Below, piece after piece: positions 25,637 through 38,207 of a stretch of DNA of 64,000 bases. Each line of letters begins with the position of its first letter. Position 1 is the first letter of the stretch. Position numbers and translations under genes: made by a program. This stretch comes from Vicinamibacterales bacterium (lineage in GTDB: Bacteria; Acidobacteriota; Vicinamibacteria; Vicinamibacterales; 2-12-FULL-66-21). The stretch spans positions 65,208 through 129,207 of the forward strand of contig DATBJJ010000113.1 in the NCBI GenBank assembly GCA_036556425.1. Reading direction: 5' to 3'. A model generated the notes under the pieces. It was not told where the DNA came from, did no database searches, and saw only the letters and a program-made list of their open reading frames with translations.

Positions 25637-26940
25637 TTGGCGGCTCCGCCGCCGATCACCGGCGATGCGGCGGCGCCGGACGCGTTGGTCTTCACGACGG
25701 TCGGATCGATCAGCGCGATCTCCGTGCCTTCGCCGAGCCCGTCGATCGCGGCGCGGCTCTCGGTCCGGTGAACGATCTTGACCTCACGCTCCTCGAACCG
25801 TTCGCCGACCTTCACGAAGACGTGCGTCTTGCCCGCCTTCTGAAACACCGCCTGGCGCGGGACGGTCAGCGCGTCCGCGACCTGACGGCCGTCGATCGTC
25901 ACCCGCGCCGACGCGCCCGCTCTCATCCGCGGATCGAGCTCCTCGAACTGGAACGACAGATCGAACTGCCGCATCACGGTCGGCCCTTCCCATTCCGATC
26001 GCCTCGCCTGCGCCGACAGCGCGCCGACCTTGGCCTTGAAGCGGCGGCCGGGAATCGTGTCGACGTCGACCATCGCGATCTGCCCCTCGGTCAGATTGGC
26101 GCGATCGTTCTCGTCGACTTTCGCGCGCAGCTCCATCCGGCCGTTCTCGATCACGTCGGCAATCGGACGTCCGGGCCAGACGCTGTCGCCGGCGCGGTAC
26201 TCCGGCATCGGCATGCCCCAGATCATCATGCCGCCCATCGCGTCGCGGTTCTCCTTGAGCATCACCGTGCCGTCGAGCGGCGCCTTGAGCACCAGGCTCT
26301 CGATCACCGACTGCGCCCGCTGCATCGCGAGCGTCGCCTTGTTCCGCTTCTCTTCGACGACCACGAGCGACGCCTGATTCGTCGCCGCGCGCGACTTCAC
26401 GTCGTCCTCGAGCTGCGCGAGGCGCCGCTTCGCCTCCTCGAGCGAGAGTTGGTTCTTCTGCGCGTCGATCGCGCCGATGAACTCGTTGCCCGAGACGTCC
26501 AGCTCGGCGCGGCGGACGTCGAAGCGCGCCGTCAGCAGCGCCACCTGATCCTGCGCTGCCTGCGCGGCGGCGTCCGCTTTCATCTTCACGATCTCCTGCG
26601 ACGCCTCCTCGACCTCCGTCTTCGCTTGGTTGAGCGCGAACTGCTGATCGGCGGGATCGAATTCGACGACGGTCTCGCCGTTCTTCACGCCGACGCCGGT
26701 CGTCGACATCTGCACGATGCGGAGCATCCCGCCCACGGGCGGCGCCATCAGCGTCATCGTGCGTCCGGCGCGCAGATCGCCGGTCGCATGGACGGTCAGG
26801 TTGAGCGGCCCTTTGGTGACGCGCGCGGTCGGCACGGACGTGCCGCGATCCGGAAGCTTCGGCATCGCGTACACGATCGCGGCGCCGACGCCGGCCACGG
26901 CGAGCGGCACGACGGCCCACAGAATTCGACGACGGGTCAA
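25633..26940 (-). CDS. HlyD/MacA-family periplasmic adaptor (membrane fusion protein), paralogue 3 of 3
   Basis: Probable TTG start at 26940 (LTRRRILWAVVPLAVAGVGAAIVYA, TM anchor) overlapping the upstream stop (TTGA). Lipoyl-like VKNGETVVEFD, a long coiled coil, a beta-barrel (LKAPLDGTV...) and a membrane-proximal domain. The track ORF extension to 27444 was rejected. Confidence 0.85.
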   Translation of the reverse strand: MTRRRILWAVVPLAVAGVGAAIVYAMPKLPDRGTSVPTARVTKGPLNLTVHATGDLRAGRTMTLMAPPVGGMLRIVQMSTTGVGVKNGETVVEFDPADQQFALNQAKTEVEEASQEIVKMKADAAAQAAQDQVALLTARFDVRRAELDVSGNEFIGAIDAQKNQLSLEEAKRRLAQLEDDVKSRAATNQASLVVVEEKRNKATLAMQRAQSVIESLVLKAPLDGTVMLKENRDAMGGMMIWGMPMPEYRAGDSVWPGRPIADVIENGRMELRAKVDENDRANLTEGQIAMVDVDTIPGRRFKAKVGALSAQARRSEWEGPTVMRQFDLSFQFEELDPRMRAGASARVTIDGRQVADALTVPRQAVFQKAGKTHVFVKVGERFEEREVKIVHRTESRAAIDGLGEGTEIALIDPTVVKTNASGAAASPVIGGGAAK

Positions 26941-28208
26941 TCGGTCCTCCTCACGAGATCCGCGCTCGGCCTGCGGAGCGCGATGTGATCGCCCGGCTTC
27001 ACGCCCGACGTGATGATCGCGAGCTCGCGGCCTCGCCTTGCGACTTCGACGACCTGCTCCTCGAACGCGGTGCCGTCGAGACGGTACACGACCGGACGGC
27101 CGTCTTTCTGGAACACCGTTTCGACCGGCACGACGATCACGTTGGGCACGCGATCGGTCGGGATTCGCGCGACGGCGCTCATCCCCGGCCGGATCTTGGC
27201 GTCGGCGTCGAGCACGACGAGGCGGAGATCGAACAGCCGCGTCGGCGGCCAGCTCGAGAAATCCGCGCGGGCAAGAACCGAGATCTGATCGATCCGCGCC
27301 TTGAACTCGCGCCCCGGAATCGCGTCGATGCGAATGATCGCTCCCTCGCCCATCGTGAGCCGCCCGCGATCCGTTTCGTCGAGCCTCGCCTGGAGGTGAA
27401 TCGACGAGAGATCCGGGAGCTCGATGACGGCGGCGCCGGCCCATGCGCGATCGCCTTCACGGAACTCGACTTCTCCGCCGCCGAACGGTCCGCCCGATCG
27501 ATAGTTCGGCATCACGTTGACCATGCCGTCGACCGGCGCCTTCAACTGCAGGTTCTGCAGTCCGCGCTCGGCGCGCTGAAAGTCGAAGAGCGCCTTCTCG
27601 CGCTTGCGGCGCTTGCTCGAGAGGTCCGCCTCGATCGCCGCGTTGTCGGACTTGACCTTCGCCTCGAGCTCTTTCAGCTTCTGCTCCGCATCCTGCAGCG
27701 TGAGCTTCGCTTTTTCGTTCTCGAGACGCGGAACCGTGTCGCCCTTCTGGATCTCGAGCTTCGCGCGCTGGATGTTGTAGCCCGCGCGCATCAGCTCGGT
27801 TTCGTTCTGTTCCTTGGTGATCCGCGTCTGCGCGGTGACCTGCTCGATCTCCGCTTCCGCCTGCTTCAGCTCGGATTGTTTCTCCTGCATCGTGCGGCGG
27901 AGCGTCGACCCGTCGAATTCGACGACGACGTCGCCGGCTTTGACTTGCGTGCCGCCTTTCGCGAGCTTGACGATCTGCAGTTCCCCCGCCTGCATCGGCG
28001 CCGCGAGGACGACGGAGCGCAGCGGCTTGATATCGCCGCGGATCTCGAGCGCGTCGACGAACTCGCCTTTCTTGACCTCGGTCGTCGGAAGATCCGGCGC
28101 CGGGCCGCGGCCGACGCCGGCGAACGCGCCCGTGATCACGAGCGCAACGATGCCGAGCGCGACGTAGCCGCTGCGGGGGACTCTCCGAAGGCGCGCGAAG
28201 ACGCTCAC
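26937..28208 (-). CDS. HlyD/MacA-family periplasmic adaptor, paralogue 2 of 3
   Basis: 423 aa. TM anchor (YVALGIVALVITGAFAGV), VKAGDVVVEFD, coiled coil (ELKQAEAEIEQV...KLKELEAKVK), LKAPVDGMV. GTGA overlap with the upstream gene. Confidence 0.9.
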   Translation of the reverse strand: MSVFARLRRVPRSGYVALGIVALVITGAFAGVGRGPAPDLPTTEVKKGEFVDALEIRGDIKPLRSVVLAAPMQAGELQIVKLAKGGTQVKAGDVVVEFDGSTLRRTMQEKQSELKQAEAEIEQVTAQTRITKEQNETELMRAGYNIQRAKLEIQKGDTVPRLENEKAKLTLQDAEQKLKELEAKVKSDNAAIEADLSSKRRKREKALFDFQRAERGLQNLQLKAPVDGMVNVMPNYRSGGPFGGGEVEFREGDRAWAGAAVIELPDLSSIHLQARLDETDRGRLTMGEGAIIRIDAIPGREFKARIDQISVLARADFSSWPPTRLFDLRLVVLDADAKIRPGMSAVARIPTDRVPNVIVVPVETVFQKDGRPVVYRLDGTAFEEQVVEVARRGRELAIITSGVKPGDHIALRRPSADLVRRTD

Positions 28209-29473
28209 CGGGCCGCGTCTCCCGATCCGAAATTGCGGAAGAGGACCGCACCCTCGTCGAGGCCTCCGGCCACGACCGCTTGGTGCGCGTTCATCGATCC
28301 AAGCGTGACGGGCCGGTCGTCGTACGACGATCCGCGCTGGACGCGGACCATCGTGCGATCGCCGACCTTGCGCAGCGCGTCGCGCGGGACGACGAGCGCG
28401 CGCGTCTCGCGCGAGAGCTCGACGTCGAGCGAGGCGGTCAGGTCGGGCATGAGCTTCGGATGCGAGCCTTCGATTTCGATGATCGCGATGAACGTGCGGA
28501 CCTTCGCCGACAGCACGGAGCGCGACGCCAGCGGCGAGAGTTGGGTGACGCGGCCCTTGAAGGAAAGATCCGGATACGCGTCCAGCCCGATCGTGACGGC
28601 CTGGCCGACCTTCAGATCGTTGATGTCCGCCTGATTGACCTTCGAGCGCACGCGCATCGCCTCGGGATTCACGACGTCGACGATCGGCATGCCGCTTCGG
28701 ACTTCCTCGCCTTCCTGCACTTCCGCCATGTTGTTGCTCTTCCAGATCGAGCGCAGCACGGCCATGCCGGCAATCGGCGACGCGATCGACATCTTGTCGG
28801 CGTTGCTCTCGGCCTGGCGCATCGCGTTCTCGGCGCGATCGCGGCGAATCTGCAGGATGCGCATGTCGGCCGCCGCCGCGTTCCGCTTCAACTCGAACGT
28901 GGTCTTGAGCTGTTTGACCTTCGCCTGCGCTTCCTCGAGCGTCTGCGTATTCTTCTCGACCTGGATCTTCGGGAGCAGCTCGTTCTTCGCCATCTCGAGC
29001 TCGGCGCGCGTCAGCGACGTCTGGGCGCCGAGGATCTCGGTCTCGTCGCGCGTCCGCGCGGCGCGTTCTTCCGCTTCCTTCTTCTTGATCTGCTGCTCGA
29101 GATCGTTCAGCTCCACACGTCGATCCAGCGCGTTCTTGAGCTGGTCCTGACGATCGAACTCGACGATCGGGTCGCCCGGCTTGACCATCGTCCCGGCACG
29201 GATCAGCTTGGTGATGACGAGGGACGGCACGGTTTGCCCGGCCAATCGCGGCGTCGAGATCGTGGTCGCCTGCACCGCCTCGACGGTTCCCGTGAGGCGG
29301 ACGGATCGCACGAAGTCCTGCCGCTTCGCGACAACGGTCGTCTGGCGCCCGCCGGCCTGCCCGGAGTCAGCCGTGCCGGCGTCGCGCGTGGCAATCCACC
29401 CCGCCGCCGTCGCGACGCTGACGGCCAGCACGGAAACGATGATCCAGAGGCGAAATGTCGCGGTCGGAGGCAT
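28205..29473 (-). CDS. HlyD/MacA-family periplasmic adaptor, paralogue 1 of 3
   Basis: 422 aa. ATG at 29473 with GGAG upstream. TM anchor (FRLWIIVSVLAVSVATAAGWI), VKPGDPIVEFD, coiled coil, IASPIAGMAV. Confidence 0.9.
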   Translation of the reverse strand: MPPTATFRLWIIVSVLAVSVATAAGWIATRDAGTADSGQAGGRQTTVVAKRQDFVRSVRLTGTVEAVQATTISTPRLAGQTVPSLVITKLIRAGTMVKPGDPIVEFDRQDQLKNALDRRVELNDLEQQIKKKEAEERAARTRDETEILGAQTSLTRAELEMAKNELLPKIQVEKNTQTLEEAQAKVKQLKTTFELKRNAAAADMRILQIRRDRAENAMRQAESNADKMSIASPIAGMAVLRSIWKSNNMAEVQEGEEVRSGMPIVDVVNPEAMRVRSKVNQADINDLKVGQAVTIGLDAYPDLSFKGRVTQLSPLASRSVLSAKVRTFIAIIEIEGSHPKLMPDLTASLDVELSRETRALVVPRDALRKVGDRTMVRVQRGSSYDDRPVTLGSMNAHQAVVAGGLDEGAVLFRNFGSGDAAR

Positions 29474-29622
29474 GGTTCGCTCCGGTTATCAGACGGCGCG
29501 TGGGACGGATTGGTTGGCGGTACAACCGCCGCACGATCGACGGCTTAGACACCGTCCGCTGAAGATACGCCCGAGCACGTTATCGCCTTTCCTCTCGGTT
29601 ATCAAGGGGAATGGCGGTAGGC

Positions 29623-29686
29623 GTTCAGGGGTTCACGGGTTCACGGGTTCACGGGTTCAAGGGTTCAAGGGTTCAGGGTTCTGGGG
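29623..29686 (+). repeat. 8-bp tandem array GTTCA(N)GG x8, forming nine G3-4 tracts with 4-5 nt loops (G-quadruplex motif on the + strand)
   Basis: GGGG ttcac GGG ttcac GGG ttcac GGG ttcaa GGG ttcaa GGG ttca GGG ttct GGGG at 29628..29686. Lies 6 nt downstream of the metH stop (29692) and about 150-210 nt upstream of the adaptor operon start (29473). Confidence 0.95.
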
Positions 29687-29691
29687 CCGTC

Positions 29692-33455
<3,764 letters not shown>

Positions 33456-33459
<4 letters not shown>

Positions 33460-34415
33460 TGAGGGTTCCTTCGTAGTTTGGGTTTGGCGCCGCTCGCCAC
33501 GAGCACCGTGAACGGATCGCCGGTCCGCCGCGCGCCGACGTTGACCTTGACGTCGGTGAGGCCGGCGCCCTTCAGCAGCTTCGCGATGGCGTCGTCGGTG
33601 AAGCCTAGCCAGCGATCGCCAAGGCGCGTGCGCACCCACGTCTCGTCGTGCTCGCGCAGATCCAGCACGAGCACGCGGCCGCCGGGAACGACGATGCGCG
33701 CGGCCTCGGAGAGCGCGCGCGCGGGATCCGCCGCGTGATGGAGCGCCTGCGAGAGCAGCGCGACGTCCACGCTCGCGTCGCGGAGCGGAAGCCGATCGAG
33801 CTCGCCGCGCTTCCAGACGACGTTGCGCACCCGGCGCCGCGAGGCGAGCGCGCGCGCCTTCTTGAGCACGAGCGCGGATCGATCGATGGCAATCACCCGA
33901 GACGCCCACCGGCTCGCTTCGATCGTCAGATATCCCTCGCCGCACCCGATGTCCGCCACGCGCAGCGGCGGCAGCAGATGGCCCAACGCGCGCGACCAGG
34001 CGGCCCAGCTCCGGCCGGGCACGAGCTGGCGCTCGTTCGTGTCGGGTCCCGCATGCGCGTCGAAATTCTCCTTCCGCAGCCGCCGCACCTCCTCCAACCG
34101 CGCGTCGTCGGCGCGGCCGGCTTCGGTCTGCGCGGCGCTGTCGAATTCCGACTGGAGCAGCGCGGCCAGCGGCCCGAGCCCATTCGCGCCCGACACGAGC
34201 GCGGTGGCCAGGCGGAAATACGTGTAGCCGCTCTCGCGCTCCTCGAGGATGAGGCCGGCGTCCTTGAGAAGGCCCAGGTGGCGAGAGACCCCCGACTGCG
34301 CGATCCCGAGGATGCCGGTGAGCTCGGTGACGTTGAGCCGCTCCGCGGCCAGCAGCCGGAGGAGGCGCAGCCGCGCCTCGTCGCCGAGCAGCCTGAACAG
34401 CGAGGCATTCGTCAC
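33456..34415 (-). CDS. sahR: ArsR-type HTH fused to a SAM-dependent methyltransferase-like domain (SahR-like regulator of the methionine cycle)
   Basis: 319 aa. N-terminal ArsR HTH ([49 protein letters not shown]) and a C-terminal class I MTase fold ([12 protein letters not shown]...AIDRS...[12 protein letters not shown]...GGRVLVLD). Translationally coupled to metH. GTG start. Confidence 0.8.
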
Positions 34416-34418
34416 ATC

Positions 34419-34451
34419 TATGAATCTACATTAATAGATTCATATTGGCAA
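34419..34451 (-). promoter_or_regulatory. 10-bp-arm inverted repeat (candidate SahR/ArsR operator) overlapping a putative promoter
   Basis: TATGAATCTA-cattaa-TAGATTCATA at 34419..34444. On the minus strand: TTGCCA (34451..34446), 17-nt spacer, TAGATT (34428..34423), ending 7 nt before the GTG at 34415 (possible leaderless start). The kinase stop codon (34440..34442) lies inside it. Confidence 0.5.
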
Positions 34452-36863
34452 GGCACGGAAGCCGTGGCGGCGCAGGATCTCCCGGCACTCCGGATCCTGC
34501 ACGAGGGGCTGCATGGCGGGCTCGACGTCGACGTATCCGAGGAAGGGCGCCCGCTGCGCGCAGGCGTCCGTCAGCCATTGACGCGCAACAGGCCAGTCGC
34601 CGAGGACGGCTGCCAGCATCGCCAGATCGTCGGCGCCGGCCGCGCCGCCCTCGTAACGCTGCCGCAAATCGTCAAATGCCGCGCGGCCGTCGTCCAGCCG
34701 TCCTTCACGCGCGGCGCAGCAGCCCTCGAGGAGCCGCACGGTCGAGACGTCTCCGAGGAGCTGCCTGGCGCGCGCGAGCTCGCCGCGCGCCGCGGGCACC
34801 TCTGCACGAGCCATCCGCGTGAGCGCGAGATCGATGTGCGCTTGTCCGAATGACGGATTCGTCTGAATGACGTGCTCGTATTGAACGACAGCCTCGTCCA
34901 GCCGGCCCGCGAAGTGCAGGATGCGCCCGATGCCGCTCTGGATGTTGAGCGACAACGGATCGAGATCCAGCGCTCGCTTCATCTCCCCGAACGCGTCGTC
35001 GAATCGCGAACGCGACGCGAGAAACATCGCGTACCACTGCCGCGACGACGCGTGGCCCGGATTGAGCTCGAGCGCGCGGTTGAACTCCGATTCCGCGCCG
35101 GCCCAGTCCCAGTCGAACCGGAATCTGATGAACGCCAACGACGCGTGTCCCTCCGCCAACGCGTCGTCGACTTGCAGCGCCCTGAGCGCTGCCGTGCGCG
35201 CGTGATCGACGAGGGCGCGGCCCGACGTGCCGCGGAGGCTGACGGCTATCAGCGAACAGCAATCGGCGAGGCCTGCGTGAGCCAGCGCGAAATCTGGATC
35301 TTCAGCTACCGCGCGCTCGAACAGCGTTCGTGCGTTCCTGAGCGAGTCGCCCGTGCGGGCGTTGAGAAAGTAGCGCCCTCGAAGATAGAGCTGATACGCC
35401 TCGGCATTGACCGTGTGGCGCTTCCCGATCCGCTTTCGCTCGTCGCGGCTCAGGCGCAGCCGGAGTGCGCCCGTCAGCTCCTCGGAGATCTCGGACTGCA
35501 ACGCGAATGCATCGGTCGCGCGCCGATTCACGACGGTTCCCCACACCTGCGATCCATCTTCGACGTCGACGATCTCCACGCCGACGATGAAGGCGCCGGC
35601 GCGCGGAGTGACATGCCCCGTGAGCACCGCTTGCACGCCGAGATGGCGGCCGACGATCTGCGGCTCGACGTCGCGTCCTTTGTATTTGAAAACGGTGCTG
35701 CGGGCCATGACCCGAAGCCGCGGAATCTGGGAGAGATTGTTGATGAGACTCTCCGTCAGGCCGTCGCTGAAGTAGTCGAGCTCCTTGCCGTCGCTGTTGT
35801 CGATCAAGGGCAGCACGGCAAGCGATTCGATGACGCGACGGCCGCGGCGGCGGCGTGGCAATCGAGCCGCGCCGCTCGAAGCGGAACCTACGCCGGACGA
35901 GGATGAAGACGATGACGGAGTTCGGCCAACCGGCGGTGGCGTCTCGATGTTCGCGATGTCGAGCAAGGGATTGAGGCCGCCGTCGGAGCCAAGCGCTCGC
36001 GCCAGCGCTCGGAGATCCTGCAGCACGTGGGCGCACGTTTGATAGCGTTCGCCCCGATCCTTCTGCAGCGCCGTCGCCACGATTCGGTGAAGCTCGCCGG
36101 GCACGTCGGGCCGGACGAGCGGCGGTGCATCGCGAAAGAGCACGGACCCGACGATGTCCGCCGCCGTGTCTCCCTTGAAGGGCGCGCGGCCGGCGAGCAT
36201 CTCGTACAGGAGCACGCCCAGGGCGAACAAATCGACTCGCGGATCGACGTCGCCTCCACGCGCCTGCTCCGGCGCCATGTAGTCGAACGTGCCCAGGATG
36301 AGACCGTCGCGGGTTTCGACGAGCTGTGTCTCCGCGTCGGCGTTCACCGCGAACCCCTCGACGCCGGCGAGCTTGGCCAGACCGAAGTCCAGCACCTTCA
36401 CATAGCCGTCGGCGCGAATCATCACGTTCTCCGGCTTCAAATCGCGATGAATGACGCCCGCCGCGTGAGCCGCGGCGAGCGCCTGCGCGATCTGGATGGC
36501 GATCGTGACGGCCTGGCGAACGTCGACGGGGCCTCGCGCGAGAATCGTGCGCAGCGTGACGCCGTCGATGTACTCCGTGGCAAGGAACTGCATCTCGCCG
36601 TCGTGCCCGACGTCGTAGATCGTGAGAATGTTCGGATGGTTGAGCGCGGAAATCGTCCGCGCCTCGCGCTCGAACCGGCGCAGGCGTTCTTCATCTTGCA
36701 GCGCGCGGGGCGAAAGGACCTTCAGCGCGAGTTGGCGGCCGAGCCGCACGTCCTCGGCGAGATACACCTGCGACATGCCGCCGGAACCAATCGGCGTGAG
36801 CACGCGGTAGTGCGCAAGCACGTCGCCCGCTGCGAGGGCCCACTTCGTACGATCAGGGCGCAT
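34440..36863 (-). CDS. Ser/Thr protein kinase with Ser-rich linker, TolB-N-like/adenylate-cyclase-associated-type module and C-terminal TPR repeats
   Basis: ATG at 36863. Kinase motifs GSGGMSQVYLAED...ALKVL, HRDLKPENVM, DFGLAK and APEQ. Then SSSSSSSG linker, ESLAVLPLIDNSDGKELDYFSDGLTESLI, and TPR-like helices to the C-terminus. Confidence 0.9.
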   Translation of the reverse strand: MRPDRTKWALAAGDVLAHYRVLTPIGSGGMSQVYLAEDVRLGRQLALKVLSPRALQDEERLRRFEREARTISALNHPNILTIYDVGHDGEMQFLATEYIDGVTLRTILARGPVDVRQAVTIAIQIAQALAAAHAAGVIHRDLKPENVMIRADGYVKVLDFGLAKLAGVEGFAVNADAETQLVETRDGLILGTFDYMAPEQARGGDVDPRVDLFALGVLLYEMLAGRAPFKGDTAADIVGSVLFRDAPPLVRPDVPGELHRIVATALQKDRGERYQTCAHVLQDLRALARALGSDGGLNPLLDIANIETPPPVGRTPSSSSSSSGVGSASSGAARLPRRRRGRRVIESLAVLPLIDNSDGKELDYFSDGLTESLINNLSQIPRLRVMARSTVFKYKGRDVEPQIVGRHLGVQAVLTGHVTPRAGAFIVGVEIVDVEDGSQVWGTVVNRRATDAFALQSEISEELTGALRLRLSRDERKRIGKRHTVNAEAYQLYLRGRYFLNARTGDSLRNARTLFERAVAEDPDFALAHAGLADCCSLIAVSLRGTSGRALVDHARTAALRALQVDDALAEGHASLAFIRFRFDWDWAGAESEFNRALELNPGHASSRQWYAMFLASRSRFDDAFGEMKRALDLDPLSLNIQSGIGRILHFAGRLDEAVVQYEHVIQTNPSFGQAHIDLALTRMARAEVPAARGELARARQLLGDVSTVRLLEGCCAAREGRLDDGRAAFDDLRQRYEGGAAGADDLAMLAAVLGDWPVARQWLTDACAQRAPFLGYVDVEPAMQPLVQDPECREILRRHGFRALPI

Positions 36864-36894
36864 GCAAACGGCTATTCTACCAACCGCGCAGCGA

Positions 36895-38166
36895 TCAGAG
36901 ACCTTTGGCGATATAGCGGGCCACTGCGTCGACGGCCCGCTCGATGTCCGATCGCACGTTATAGAAATGCGGCGAGAACCGAAGCCCGCCACGGTCGGCC
37001 CCGCCGCGCGTCGCACACACGACGCGGTCCTTCTCGTAAAGCGCTTGGTGTAGCTTCCGCACCTCGAGCGCCGCGGGCCGGAACGAGACGATCGTGGTCG
37101 ATCGAGCGGGATCCGGGTGAGTCCAGACCTTGACGCCGCTGATGCGGCCGAGACCTTCGATCAGCAGCTGAGTCAGCTCGCGCGATCGCTTCTCGATCGC
37201 GTCCTGACCTATTTTCGTCTGGAAGGCGAGTGCCTCGCCGAAACCCATCATCGCCGGCTCATCCCGCTGCCCGAACGCCTCGAGCGATCGCGAGATGCCC
37301 ACGTCACCCGGATACAGGCTGACGATGCTCGGCTTGATCCGGTCGTGCACTTGCTTGTTCACGTAGAGGAGGCCGTTCTCTTTGGGGCCGCACGGCCACT
37401 TGTGCGCGCTGCCGGTGAAGAAGTCCGGCTGCATCCGCGACAGGTCGACGTCGAGCACGCCGAACGACTGCGCGCCGTCGACGAGCGAGAGAGCGCCGTG
37501 GTCGCGAGCGAGCCGGCAGAGCTCCGCCGCAGGCATCAAGTCTCCAACGGTCGACGTCACGTGCGTGAACGCGACCACTTTCGTGCGCGGCGTCATCTGT
37601 TTGCGGAACGCGTCGACGTAGAACTGCGCGCCCGGATGCGGATTCACTTGATCAACGACGCGCACCGTGAATCCGAACCGCTGGCTCTTCTGGCGCCACG
37701 CGTCGTGGTTGCTCGGATGGTTGTCCGAGAAGAGCAGCACCTCATCACCGGCCTTCAAATCGAGCCCGCTCGAGACGATGTTGTTCGACTCGCTCGTGTT
37801 GCGAGTGATGACGATCTCCTCCGGCGTCGCACGGAGGAATGCGGCCAGCGCGCGGCGCGTCGCCTCGCGCCCGTCCCGGGTCTTTTGCCTGTTCTGCGGC
37901 GACGGATCGCGATCGACCGATCGCGTGCCGTCGAAATACGCGTCGAGCACGCGTGCGGGAGATGGACACAGGTTGGCCGCGTTGAGGCAGATGTATCCTC
38001 TCGGCATGACGTACTGCTCGCGCACGTCGGACCAGAAACGCTCGTCCGGCGGCGCCGTCGCGGCGGCGAGCTCCGGCCGCGCCCACGCGGCGGGACGTGC
38101 GGCGAAGAGCGCGGCCGATCCGCCGATGGCAAAGAGCTGCGCGAATTCCCGGCGGCTATGTCGCAT
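36895..38166 (-). CDS. class V-fold PLP-dependent aminotransferase/epimerase-like enzyme with Tat-type signal
   Basis: MRHSRREFAQLFAIGGSAALFAARPAAWA (twin-arginine signal), NAANLCPSP, TRNTSESNN, and the PLP-lysine motif FFTGSAHKWPCGP. Confidence 0.85.
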   Translation of the reverse strand: MRHSRREFAQLFAIGGSAALFAARPAAWARPELAAATAPPDERFWSDVREQYVMPRGYICLNAANLCPSPARVLDAYFDGTRSVDRDPSPQNRQKTRDGREATRRALAAFLRATPEEIVITRNTSESNNIVSSGLDLKAGDEVLLFSDNHPSNHDAWRQKSQRFGFTVRVVDQVNPHPGAQFYVDAFRKQMTPRTKVVAFTHVTSTVGDLMPAAELCRLARDHGALSLVDGAQSFGVLDVDLSRMQPDFFTGSAHKWPCGPKENGLLYVNKQVHDRIKPSIVSLYPGDVGISRSLEAFGQRDEPAMMGFGEALAFQTKIGQDAIEKRSRELTQLLIEGLGRISGVKVWTHPDPARSTTIVSFRPAALEVRKLHQALYEKDRVVCATRGGADRGGLRFSPHFYNVRSDIERAVDAVARYIAKGL

Positions 38167-38207
38167 CCGGACAGGTTACGCCGGTCGGTCCTCGTGGACA
38201 ATGGCTC

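Noticed and set aside
25768-29548. Plus-strand ORFs 25768..26988, 26985..28634 and 28280..29548, antisense to the three adaptor genes
   Set aside because: They mirror the minus-strand genes almost codon for codon and translate to R/D/E/L-rich sequence. The minus-strand products carry MFP motifs and TM anchors.
23675-29686. Inverted GAACC-type repeat arrays flanking the CBS + efflux block, considered as terminal inverted repeats of a mobile element
   Set aside because: There is no transposase, integrase or target-site duplication. The two arrays differ in unit length and sequence. Similar arrays occur at other gene ends in the window, so a general gene-end repeat class is the more economical explanation.
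33460-33945. N-terminal extension of the metH track ORF (29692..33945)
   Set aside because: It overlaps the SahR-like gene out of frame. MetH homology starts at the ATG at 33459 (homocysteine-binding domain), which forms an ATGA junction with the regulator stop.
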